Of a stretch of DNA of 64,000 nucleotides, positions 49,745-61,869 are shown one piece after another. The notes beneath the pieces are model-generated. The model did no database searches, was not told where the DNA came from, and saw nothing but the letters and a program-made list of their open reading frames with translations. The DNA is taken from NCBI RefSeq assembly GCF_006345805.1, contig NC_043003.1:49538001-49602000 (forward strand), written 5' to 3'. The position numbers and the translations under genes are program-made. The number at the start of each line of letters is the position of its first letter. Within the stretch, counting starts at the first letter, position 1. The DNA is from Octopus sinensis. Lineage: Eukaryota.

Positions 49745-50235
49745 ATATGCATGATGGGAAGGTGTGTGATTGTGTGGTTTCAGGTTCATGCTCCCTGTGT
49801 GACATCTTTGGCAAATGTCTTTCACTATAGCTCAGTTGACAAAAGCCTTGTGAGTGGACTTGGTAGATGGAAACTGCAAGAAGCCCATCTCACTGTCTGT
49901 CTCTGTCTCTGTCTGTCTGTCTGTCTCTCTCGCTCTCCCCATGTGTGCATGTGCCAGTGCATGTGTGTGTGTCAGTGCGTGCGTGTGTGTGTGTGTGTGC
50001 TCCCGTCTCCCAGCCTTGTCATCATAGGACAGTTGTAAACAAGTATCACTGTCATGCAAGAAATGTTCTTCATTGCCAGTCCTCAGTCGAAACATGGGGT
50101 GAAGAAGCATTACTTTACTGGGAAACAGACGAGAGTTGGCAACAGGAAAGGCGCCGGGCTGTAGAAAATTCAGTTCAACAAGCTCCATCTGACCGATGCA
50201 AACATGGAAAAGTGGATATCAAAATGACGATGATA
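49745..50235 (+). mobile_element. chimeric SINE: family A-type head with family C/RTE-type (GAT)n tail
   Basis: ttggcaaatgtctttcactatagc...ggaaactgcaagaagccc, then ...ggcaacaggaaaggcgccgggctgtagaaa...catggaaaagtggatatcaaaatgacgatgat. Confidence 0.65.
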
Positions 50236-50479
50236 ACTATGATGATGTTGGTCATCATCATCATCATCATTATCGTCATCATCATCATTGTCACCACCAT
50301 CATTATTATCATCATCATCATCGTCATCATCACCACCACTACCACCACTGCCGCCGCCACCACCACCACCACCATCATTGTCATCATCATCATCATCACC
50401 ATCATCATCACCACTACCAGCACTAGCACCACCACCATCACCACCACCAACAACAACAACACCACCATCATCATCATTG

Positions 50480-51080
50480 TTTAACATCTGTTTTCCATGC
50501 TGACATGGGTTGGATGGTTTTAGATGGAGTAGGCCAGCTGGAGCAACTGTCCAGATTCCATTTGTCTTTTCTGGTATAGTTTCTATGGCTAGATGCCCTT
50601 CCTAATGCCAACCACTTTGCAGAGTGTGCTGGGTGCTTTACATTCCACCAGCACAGGTGCATTCATGCAGCACCGGCAGAAATGCATTTTATGTGGCACC
50701 TGCACCTGTAAAGGACAAGCCTGTATGTATGGATGGCAGCATTTTTACCGAGAAAATGTCTTGTCATATATGCTCTGGCCCCTTGCATTGTAAGTTCAAA
50801 TCAAACTTGCATCACCAAAATCTTATTAACAGCAGAAAATGACACCTTCAAGATCTAAGGAACAATCTCTTCTACTCTAGGCTCAAGGCCCTAAATTTTG
50901 GGGGAGAGGCCTAGTCGATTAGATCGACCCCAGTATGCAACTGGTGCTTAATTTAGTGACCCTGAAAGGATGAAAGGCAAAGTTGACTTTGGCAGAATTT
51001 GAACTCAAAACGTAAAGATAGATGAAATACCGCTTAGCATTTCACCTGGTGTGCTAAAGTATCTACAAGCTCGCCACCTA
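50480..51080 (-). mobile_element. family C repeat (50480-50850) and family B SINE (50870-51080)
   Basis: Diagnostic motifs of both families. Confidence 0.8.
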
Positions 51081-52079
51081 AGGATCTGAGAAATAATGTT
51101 AGGATTTAAATGTCAAATGGAATAATGTATCAATGGTTGTAACATCCTGACCATGTTAATATGGCCACATAAATGTGGACCTTGAATTAATGTAAAGTAA
51201 TTAAAATTTGCTGGTTCATTGCATATAGCCACTATTTAAAAATTTATATAAATTTATGTCTGTGCATGTGTGTGTATCTGTGTGTTTGTGTGAGTGTGTG
51301 TTTGTATGCATGGATGTGTGTGAGCATGAGTATGTGTATGAATGTGTGAGTGTGTGTGTGTGTGTTTGAGTGTGTGAACGTGCATATGTGTGTGTGAGTG
51401 TATCTGTGTGTGTGTATGTGTGAGTGTATGTGTGAGTGTGTGTATGTGTGTGAGTGTGTTTTTATGTGTGAAAGTGTGTAAGAATGTGTGTGTGTATGTG
51501 TGTGTATGTGTGTGTGTGTATGTGTGTATGCCACTTTTCCACCTCAATCCCACACTCTCTCTCTCTCTCTCTCTCTGTGCCTCTCTCTACTGTGACTTAC
51601 CATCTCTCTACTTTTCCTTAAATCTTTCTCCCTTTCACTCATTATGTACCAGGGATTATCTTCTTTGCATTATCCTTTTCTAATGGATTAGCTTTAAGGA
51701 GAGTGAGAGAGAAAGAGAGGAAGAGTGAGCATTGAATAAACTACCTTCATCAGTTGTCATTGCATGGAATAAAATACTCCCATCAGTTGTTAGCTGTCAG
51801 AACACTGCATCCTTCAAATATTCCATGCTTCTTGGAATTCTCCAGCACTACTTCCGATATGCCTGTACACCTTTATTCTTGATAGTTATTTTGTTCTTCA
51901 CATTTCTTCTGACTCTTTGCATTCTATCCTGTGCATTATGGTTGTACTTTTGGTTTTCATTGCTCATTCTCTTGTTTTGAGTAATTGCTGTTGGCTGTTT
52001 TTTTTTTTTTTCTTTTACTCTTCTCCAATGGGCTGTGGTACTCCTGAACATTGTGTACAATTAGCTCATTATTATTATT

Positions 52080-52545
52080 ATTTGAAATCAAATTCGATGA
52101 CTGGCATCCGTGCTAGTGGAGTGCTAAGAGCACCTTCCGAGCGTGATCATTGCCAGAGTAACTAACTGGCTTCCATGCCAGTGGCATGTAAAAAGCACCA
52201 TTCGAGCATGACTGTTACCAGTGTCGCCTTACTGGCACGTGAAAAACATTCAAGCAAGGTTGTTGCCAGTGCTGCTGGAATGGCTGCTGTGCAGGTGGCA
52301 TGTAAAAAACACAATTTGAGCATGGCCGTTGCCAGTACCGCCTGACTGGCCCTCATGCCTGGGGCACTTAAAAGCACCTACTACACTCTCGGAGTGATTG
52401 GCATTAGGAAGGGCATCCAGCTGTAGAAACTCTGCCAGATCAGATTGGAGTCTGGTGCAGCCATCTGATTCACCAGTCCTCAGTCAAATCGTCCAACCCA
52501 TGCTAGCATAGAAAGCAGATGTTAAACAATGATGATGATGATGAA
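52080..52545 (+). mobile_element. family C (RTE 3' UTR) repeat, long form
   Basis: aaatcaaattcgatgactggcatccgtgctag...aatcgtccaacccatgctagc, homologous to 2985-3520. Confidence 0.9.
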
Positions 52546-52627
52546 TAATAGTAATATTATTATTATCATCATCATTATTATTATTGTTGTTGTTGTTGTT
52601 GTTATTATTACTATTATTATTATTAAG

Positions 52628-53570
52628 TGGGGTGAGCTAGCAGAATCATTAGCACGCCGGGCGAAATGCTTAGTGGTATTTCATCTGCCACTATGCTCTG
52701 AGTTCAAATTCCACCAAGGTTGACTTTGCCTTTCATCCTTCCGGGGTCTATCATCATCATTCATCATTGTTTGACCGTGGTTGAGACAATGGAATTTACC
52801 ATGCTATGCCAGACTTCATGGTCCATCATAGCATTACGGAGGTCCTGTTGCTGGATGCCTGTATCCCTGAAGATTACATCAGGGTAGGAGAGTGTGCGCC
52901 CTCTGGTGTTGCAGGGTCAGGTTCGATAAATTAAGCACCAGTTGAGTACTGAGGTCGATGTAATCGTCTATCCCCCTTCCCCCCAATTTCAGGCCTTGTG
53001 CCTATAGCAGAAAGGATTATTATTGTTGTTGTTGTTACTATTATTATTGTTATTGAGGCTGTGAGCTGGCAGAATCATTACCACGCTGGATGAAATGCTT
53101 AGTGGTATTTCATCTGGTATTACGATAAATTAATTACCAGTTACACACTGGGGTCGATATAATCGACTTAATCCATTTGTCCTCTCTGTGTTTAGCCCCT
53201 TGTGGGTAGTAAAGAAATCGATATTTCGTCTACCGTTACGTTCTGAGTTCAAATTCTGCCGAGGTCGACTTTGCTTTTCATCCTTTTGGAGTCGATAAAT
53301 TAAGTACCAGTTACGCACTGGGGTCGATATAATCGACTTAATCCGTCTGTCTGTCCTTGTTTGTCCTCTCTGTGTTTAGCTCCTTGTGGGTAGTAAAGAA
53401 ATAGGTATTTCATCTGCCACTACATTCTTAGTTCAAATTCCACTGAGGTCAACATTGTCATTCATCCTTTCAGAGTCAATAAATTAAGTACCAGTTATGC
53501 ACTGGAGTCCACGTAATTGACTTTGCCATTCACCTACACTTAATGGCCTTGTGCCAAATTTTGAAGTCAT
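52628..53570 (+). mobile_element. family B SINE cluster: one interrupted copy plus a head-to-tail multimer
   Basis: Units restart after gtagtaaagaaat at ~53218 and ~53402. Confidence 0.85.
52750..52916 (-). mobile_element. second RTE-clade LINE family, extreme 3' fragment, inserted in a family B SINE
   Basis: Minus frame 52916-52764 PCNTRGRTLSYPDVIFRDTGIQQQDLRNAMMDHEVWHSMVNSIVSTTVKQ* followed by a (GAT)n tail; RGRxxxxYxDxxxxDTG...AMxDxxxW is an RTE-type C-terminus. Confidence 0.7.
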
Positions 53571-53914
53571 TATTTAGAAAGAGAGTGAGAGAAAGAGAGA
53601 GTGAGACAGAAAAGAGAGTATGTACAAATGAATAATAGAAAGTGTGTGCGTTAATAAAAACAGAATGATAATATTGTAGTCATGGCAACATACTATAAAC
53701 CAGAATGTCGTGTCATCTGCTGGTGAAGACATTTGAACTGTATATCATGCAAGCACATTGCCTATTGATACAGTTTGATACTTGATTAAATTAACCCCCA
53801 ATAGCTGACTGGTACTTTTAGTTTTATCAACGCCAAGAGGATGAAAAAAAATTGCATCCCTTGTTGGATTTGAACTCAGAATATAGAGAACCAGAATGAA
53901 TGCCTCTTTCTTTT

Positions 53915-54140
53915 TTTCTTTTACTTGTTTAAGCCATTAGACTGTGGTCATGCTGGGGCAATGCCTTGAATTTTTTTATAATCAAATGTATTGACTCCAG
54001 AATTTAATTTTCAAACCTGGTACTCATTCTATCAGTCTCTTTTGCTGAACTGCTAAGTTACAGGGATACAGTTGTCAAGCAGTGGTGATGGTGGTGGTGG
54101 TGGTTGGGGGGCAAACACAGACACAAAGGCACACACATAA
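53915..54140 (-). mobile_element. family A SINE 3' half
   Basis: gactgtggtcatgctgggg...caaacacagacacaaag. Confidence 0.75.
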
Positions 54141-54142
54141 AT

Positions 54143-54182
<40 letters not shown>

Positions 54183-54249
54183 TTATATATATATCATGCT
54201 AGCATGGAAAACGGACGTTAAACGATGATGATAATGATGATGATGATAT

Positions 54250-54647
54250 ACATAAAAATACAAAATGGGACAAGAACACAAAACATTCAGAAGACAATAC
54301 AAAAAGCACGGACGGGTCATTCGAAGCCTTCAATCTTCAGTCAAGAACCGGATCAACCTCGCAATTTCGGCTGATTAATCTTGAGATTGCTCCAATCTGG
54401 CTAGCCCCAAGGAAAAACTAAGCTAAGTGCATTAGATTCCTTGGAAAAAAGCTTCGAATATATATGAAACAAGGACAGAAAAATGGACGATGTTACATGA
54501 ATATGAATACAAAAATAATATGAAAAAACAATAATAATAATAATAACAATAACAAGACATCACAACAGGCGTCTTTCGACTTAGACGAATTGAAACTCAG
54601 CTGGCGTGTTATCAGCCGAAATTGCGAGGATGATCCGGTTCTTGACT
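54250..54647. repeat. unclassified CpG-rich repeat with a 37-bp inverted terminal duplication
   Basis: 54339-54375 vs reverse complement of 54611-54647, 36/37 identical. Confidence 0.7.
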
Positions 54648-55230
54648 TGGACAAGTGTCTGCTTCTATAGCCTCTGACCGACCAAAGCCTTGTGATTGTA
54701 TTTGGTAGATGGAAACTGAAAGTCACTCATCATCATCATATATATATATATATATATATGTGGAAGATTGAAAAGGAACACATGAGTTGATATGTATAAG
54801 GAAAATAAGACAAGGTAGAAAATGCTAAAATAATTTTATCATGAAGAACATTTTAGTACCGGTTTCAGATTTTACGACTTTTTCAACTTAGAGTAAAGCA
54901 TGGAAAACGATTAAATTGTGAAAAAATTCAATGAAACGTTTTTTAAAAATATTTCCATAGTTTTCAATTGCAAGGGACATTTTCTTTTTTTATATATGTA
55001 TATATTTGTGTGTTTGTGTCTGTCTTTGTCCCACACCACAATTGTTTGACAACTGATGTTGGTGTGTTTAGGTCCCCGTAACTTAGCGGTTCGACAAAAA
55101 AGACCCAATAGAATAAGTACCGAGCTTGCAAAGAATAAATCTTGGAGTTGATTTCTTTGACTGAAAAGGCGATGCTCCAGCATGGCCACAGTAAAAAATG
55201 ACTGAAACAAGTAAAAGAATAAAAGAACGA
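54648..55230 (+). mobile_element. family A SINE carrying a PLE-like insert (54760-54985) in its internal (TA)n
   Basis: Head half 54648-54722, insert, tail half 54995-55230. Confidence 0.78.
54853..54890 (-). ncRNA. decayed minimal HHR-like variant (core TTGAAAA, U3-A8 pair)
   Basis: taag TTGAAAA A gtcgtaaaatct GAAA CCGG T A ctaa; stem III palindrome ACCGGT; stem II decayed. Confidence 0.45.
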
Positions 55231-55304
55231 AAGAATATCTTACAAACAGCAAACTAGGAACCCGTATCTAGAAAACCCGACATCACTTTTTTCCTTTATG
55301 AATA

Positions 55305-55725
55305 TAGTAGGAGTGGCTGTGTGGTAAGTAGCTTGCTTACCATCCACATGGTTCCAGGTTCAGTCCCAGTGTATGGCACCTTGGGCAAGTGTCTTCTACT
55401 ATAGCCTCGGGCCGACCAAAGCCTTGTGAGTAGATTTGGTTGATGGAAACTGAAAGAAGCTCACCGTATATGTGTATGTGTGTGGGTGTCTGTCTGTCTT
55501 TCCCTACCACCACCACCACCACCATCACTTGACAACTGATGCTGGTGTATTTACATCCACAGTAACTTAGCAGTTTGGCAAAAGAGACCAATAGAATAAA
55601 TACTGGGCTTACAAAGAATAAACCCTGGGGTCGATTTATTTGACTACAAGGCGGTGCCCCAGCATGGCAGCAGTCAAATGACTGAAACAAGTAAGAGAAT
55701 AACAGAATAAAAGAATAAAAGAACA
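55305..55725 (+). mobile_element. family A SINE, full length
   Basis: gtaggagtggctgtgtggtaagtagc...gactgaaacaagtaagag. Confidence 0.9.
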
Positions 55726-56193
55726 GTGCAAATTGAGAGGAAATTTGGCAGCTATTTCTAGCAGATCGACTGTCTGTGTAGATGCTCTTCAATGGGCTCT
55801 TCTAACTGCTGCTGCTGTTGTTGTTGTTGTTGTTGTTGGTATTGCCTGTCATCTGATAGAAGACATTACTAAATTTACTATTTTTACAGTTGATTTTAGA
55901 TCTTTTATAGATTCTATAAATCTAGTCCATTTCTTACATTTTGGCTTTCTTCGCTTTTCTTTTCCTTCCCTATTTACTTTCTTTCTTTTTCTCTTTCTTT
56001 CTTTATGTATTTAGCTGTTTATTTATTTATAAATTCTTTTTGTTTTTTTTTTGTTTTTTTTCTCCACCCTCTTTCCTCTCCTGTGCATTATCCCCCACCG
56101 TTCTGCTTATCCTCTTTTGAAATGCTATGGGAATATTTTATTTTTTTTTCATCTAAGAGACATTCATTCCTTCAAAGAAATAAATAAGTAATC

Positions 56194-56574
56194 TCAAACA
56201 ACAACAACAACAACAGCAACAACGATGACGGCAACGACAATAACGACAGCATCACCGTCACCATCGCCGCCACCATGACAAATATCAACCCCACCAACAC
56301 AACAACTACACATAGCTCTGTTACCAATGGTTGCAATAACATCAAGAACACCCCCCCACCACCACAATAACAGCAGCAAATGCATCACCATCACCATCGC
56401 CGCCACCATCATCTTCATCATCATCATCATCATCATCATCACCATCATCATCACCAACACCATCATCATCACCAACAGCATCATCATCATCATCATCACC
56501 ATCAGCATCATCATCATCATCACCAACAGCATCATCACCATCATCATCATCATCATCATCATCATCACCAACAG

Positions 56575-56606
<32 letters not shown>

Positions 56607-57705
56607 CCAACAGCATCATCATCATCATCATCATCATCACCATCATCATCACCAACAGCATCATCATCATCATCATATATCATCATAATCATCCATCATC
56701 ATCATCATCATCATCATCATATCATCAATCATCATCACAACAGCATCATCATCATCATCATCATCATCACCATCATCATCACCAACAGCATCATCATCAT
56801 CATTCATCATCATCATCATCACCAACAGCATCATCATCATCCATCATCATCCATCATCCATCATCATCACCACCATCATCATCATCGTTCATCATCATCC
56901 TATCATCACCAGTTCATCACCATCATCATCATCATCACCCATCTTCATCACCATCATCATCACCATCATCATATCATCTCATATCATAATAATCATCATC
57001 CCCTCACAATCATCATCACCACCATCATCTATCGTCATCATAATCATCATCATCACCATTTCATCACCATCATATCATCATCACCATTTCATCACCATCA
57101 TATCACCATCCATCATTATATCTCATCACCATCATCATCACAATCATCATCTATAATCCACATCATCATTCATAATCTTGGTGCTAGGCATTGCCATCAT
57201 TATCACCAACAACTCTACTGCACACAAGCTAAAATAAGAAACACCCGCTTGCAACCATAATCACTACCAGTGGCATCAGTACCATGAACCACCAGTGCAG
57301 TAATGGCAAGCAGCATGCGGTAAGCAGCTAAGCAACAACAACAACAACAGCAACAACGATGACGGCAACGACAATAACGACAGCATCACCGTCACCATCG
57401 CCGCCACCATGACAAATATCAACCCCACCAACACACAAACTACACATAGCTCTGTTACCAATGGTTGCAATAACATCAGAACACCCCCCCACCACCACAA
57501 TACAGCAGCAAATGCATCACCATCACCATCGCGCCACCATCATCTTCATCATCATCCATCATCATCATCATCACCATCATCATCACCAACACCATCAATC
57601 ATCACCACAGCATCATCATCATCATCATCACCATCAGCTCATCATCATCATCACCAACAGCATCATCACCATCATCATCATCTCATCATCAATCATACAC
57701 AACAG

Positions 57706-57737
<32 letters not shown>

Positions 57738-57811
57738 CCAACAGCATCATCATCACATCATCATCATCACCATCATCATCACCAACAGCATCATCATATC
57801 ATCATCATCAT

Positions 57812-57846
<35 letters not shown>

Positions 57847-57989
57847 ATCATCATCATCATCACCAACAGCATCATCATCATCATCATCATCATCACCATC
57901 CATCATCACCAACAGCATATCATCATCATCATCATCTCATCATCACCAACAGCATCATCATCATCATCATCATCACCATCATCATCACC

Positions 57990-58020
<31 letters not shown>

Positions 58021-58137
58021 TCATCACCATTTCATCACCATCATCATCATCATCACCATTTCATCACCATCATCATCACCATCATCATTATCATCATCAT
58101 CATCATAATCATCACATCACCACACAATCATCATACC

Positions 58138-58168
<31 letters not shown>

Positions 58169-58263
58169 TCATCACCATTTCATCACCATCATCATCATCA
58201 TCACCATTTCATCACCATCATCATCACCATCATCATTATCATCATCATCACCATCATCATCAC

Positions 58264-58297
<34 letters not shown>

Positions 58298-58450
58298 TTG
58301 GTTGCTAGCATTGCCATCATTATCACCAACAACTCGTACTGCAACAAGCTAAAATAAGAACACAGCATTGCAACCATAATCACTACCATTGGCATCAGTA
58401 CCATGACCACCAGTGGCAGTAATGGCAGCAGCAGCGGTAGAGCAACAACA
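56194..58450. repeat. two ~1.13-kb tandem units of (AAC)/(ATC)n low-complexity DNA with unique spacers
   Basis: Unique blocks duplicated: 56220-56410 vs 57355-57545, and 57175-57330 vs 58297-58445. Confidence 0.9.
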
Positions 58451-58629
58451 ACAACAACAGAAGCATCATCAACTACACCACCATAAAAAAAAAAGTATCA
58501 CAACAACATCAATGGCACTGTTATCAACAATACCACCACTACCATCATCACAACCGACTACAACAACGACACCGCCAACATTACCGCCACCACCACTACT
58601 ACTACCACCTCCAACACCATCAACACAAC

Positions 58630-60237
58630 CATGATAGCGACCACTGCCACAGCCTCTGCTACTGCCGCCACCATCGCCATCAATAACACGAACACTCTGC
58701 CATCACAACACAATTATCATCACTACCACCAACACCACCACCACCATCTCCACCAATACCACCACCTCCACCACATCCACCTGCACTACCACCACCACCA
58801 CCAATATCACCACCACCACCACTAGCACTACCACCAATACCCCAACCACCACCACCAGTACCACCACCAATACCACCTCGTCACCACCACCACCAATACC
58901 ACCACCAATACCACTACCACCACCTCCACCTCAACCAATACCACCACCTCCACCACCACCACCTCCACCAATACCACCACCACCAATACCACCACCACCA
59001 CCAATACCACCACCACCACCACCATCACCACCACGTCCACCACAACCACCTCCACCATACCAAACCACCACACCACCACCACCACCACCACCAATAACCA
59101 CCATCCACCAATACCACCACCACCAATACCACCTCCACCAATACCACCACCACCACCATTACCACCACCACCAATACCACCACCTCCACCAATACCACCA
59201 CCACCAATACAACCACCACCAATACCACCTCCACCAATACCACCACCACCACCAATACCACCACCACCACCACCACGTCCACCACCACCATCATCACCAC
59301 ACGTCCACCACCACCACCACCCCACCACCACCACCACCACCGCCACCACCACCACCACCACCATCACCATCACCACCACTTCCACCACCACCATCACCAC
59401 CACCACCACCACCATCACCACCACGTCCACCACAACCACCTCCACCAATACCACAACCACCACCACCACCACCAATACCACCTCCACCAATACCACCTCC
59501 ACCAATACCACCACCACCACCACCACCACCACAATACCAATAACAACAACAATAACAGTGCTCATGTTTTAAACAACACATTCAATAGCTTCACATGTAA
59601 CAGAAGAATAAATCAAAATTGTATTTTTTTTACTCTTTTTTTCTTCCCCTTCATCTCAAAGACGAGATGGTGTCGCAACAGTGGTAGTGATAGTAAGGAC
59701 GGAGGGGATGGTGGCAGCGGCGGTGGTAGTGGTGGTGGTGGTGATGATGATGATGATGATGATGTTGACGACGACGGAAATGATTATAGTGATGGTGATG
59801 ACAAGAGCAATAATGTTTTTCTTTCGTCTTTGAGAGAGAGTGGTAGAGATGATGATGATGATGCGATAGAGTGTAGTGATGGTGGTTACAGAGTTGGTGG
59901 CGTTGATTGGTGATTGTGATCATGATGATGGTGATGATGATGATGATGATGATGATGATATACATAAGTCGATGGTGAAAGTGCTGCTGACGATGATGTT
60001 GATGGTGATGATAAATAACAGTGGTTAAAGAGATAGCGATAATGATTGCGATAATGATGACAATGGTAATAACAATGTTAATAGAAATAGTGATGATGAT
60101 GATGATGGAGATGATGGTGGCAACAGTGGTGGTGGCGGTCGTGACGACGACGATGATTATATATATATGGTGATGATGATGATGTTGATGATGATGATTA
60201 TAAATATGATGATGATGACAGTGACGATGATGATGCG

Positions 60238-60268
<31 letters not shown>

Positions 60269-61300
60269 ATGATGGTGGCAATGGTGGCGGTGGCGATGAT
60301 GACAACGAAGACGATGATTATAAATACGATGATGATGATGGCGACAAAAATGGCAACGACAATGATGAGGATGATGATGATGATGATAGGGATAACAAGC
60401 AGTTAAAGAAATGTTGATGTTGATAATGATGATGATCATGATAACAATGATAATGATAGTGATGACGACAGTAAGAGGGGATGGTAGTGGTGGTGAGGTA
60501 CTTGATTTACTCTTTTTTTACATCTTTCACTATTTATCTATTTATTTATTTATTTATTTATTTCTACTTTTCGACGTCTTCTCTGTTGTGAAATGAGTAA
60601 AGAAGAGAAAAAAAATATTAAAATAAAATAATAGAAATTTAATAAAATTGTAGAAAAAGATAATTACTTTGTTCCAGTAAAGATATATTTAAAATGTCAG
60701 GCAAGCAGCAATATTTGGTGGTTTTGTAGCATTTTTTGGTGGTAGTGATGGTTGTGGTGGTAGTGGTGGTGGTGGTGATGGTGGTTCTTACAATTCTTGT
60801 TTGTTTTTTGTAGGATTTTTACGTTTTTGAACAGTGAAAGATTTCCAAACTAATATCTTAGTAAGCAGTGATTAAAATATTAAAGTCATTGCCATCTCTA
60901 CCGCTGCTGCCACAACCACCACCAACAACAACAACAACAACACTACCACTACCATCACCACAACTACCACCATCACCAAAATAACCACCAACATCACCGC
61001 TGCTGTCACCACCACCACCACACCATCATCATCATCACTATTACCCCTCACCATCAACATCATCATCGCAACCACCTCACCATCATCACAACCACCATCA
61101 CCACCACCAAACCACCACCACTGCCACTACCATCACCTCAACCACCACCGTCACCAAACCACCACCATCACCAAAATAACCATCAAACCACCACCACTAT
61201 TACTACCACCACCCTCCTCATCACTATTACCACCACCATTGACATCATCATTGCCACCGCCATCACCATCATCACAACCACCACCACCACTATAGTTATC
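58630..61300. repeat. (ACC/ACCAAT)n, (GAT/GGT)n and (ACC)n degenerate trinucleotide fields
   Basis: 58630-59560 C-rich on +, 59670-60480 G-rich on +, 60890-61300 C-rich on +. Confidence 0.9.
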
Positions 61301-61869
61301 AGCCATGTCTGCGCTTTTAGCTTCTATTTTTTTCGTATATTTTATAATTATTTTTATCTAATATTTTTCCAACTCTGATATGTACAAGACATGTCTGTTC
61401 CGCAGATAAATAATCTTTTATTTCATTCCTTTTTTCGTTTTCCTTTCTTTAATTTTCTTTTGATTGAAAAGGAAGTTTTTTTTTTTTGTAGAGAGTTGAA
61501 GTGTATATTAGAAACTCAGAAACCCAAGTAGATTACCGGTATTTTTTTTACTGAATGTAAGAGAGAAAGAGCGAGATAGTGAGATTAAGGGCATACAATT
61601 GAGCTTGGAAAGGTTTAACATTGAGGAATCTTTATTGTTATCATCATCATCATCACTTTCATCATCATGATCATCATCATCATTATCATGATCATCATCA
61701 TTTAACATCCACTTCTCCATACTTGCAATAGGCCAGTCAGAGTTTGTTGGGGGGGGGGGCAATTATCTGCCACCTATAATCCCAAGCCAACCAAAGCCTT
61801 GTGAGTGGACATGGTAGATGGAAGCTGAAAGAAGCCTGTTGCATATCGTCATTGTTATCATCGCCATCA

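Noticed and set aside
54320-54345. CTGAAGA on the minus strand as an HHR core
   Set aside because: No consistent stem I, stem II register or GAAA-NUH arrangement.
635-60596. Long ORFs rich in YI, CV, HT, SL, poly-H/M/D/I/V
   Set aside because: All are translations of (TA), (CA), (GA), (ATC) or (ACC) microsatellites, open in several frames and on both strands.
61387-61396. p53-type half-site AGACATGTCT
   Set aside because: Single half-site only; expected by chance.
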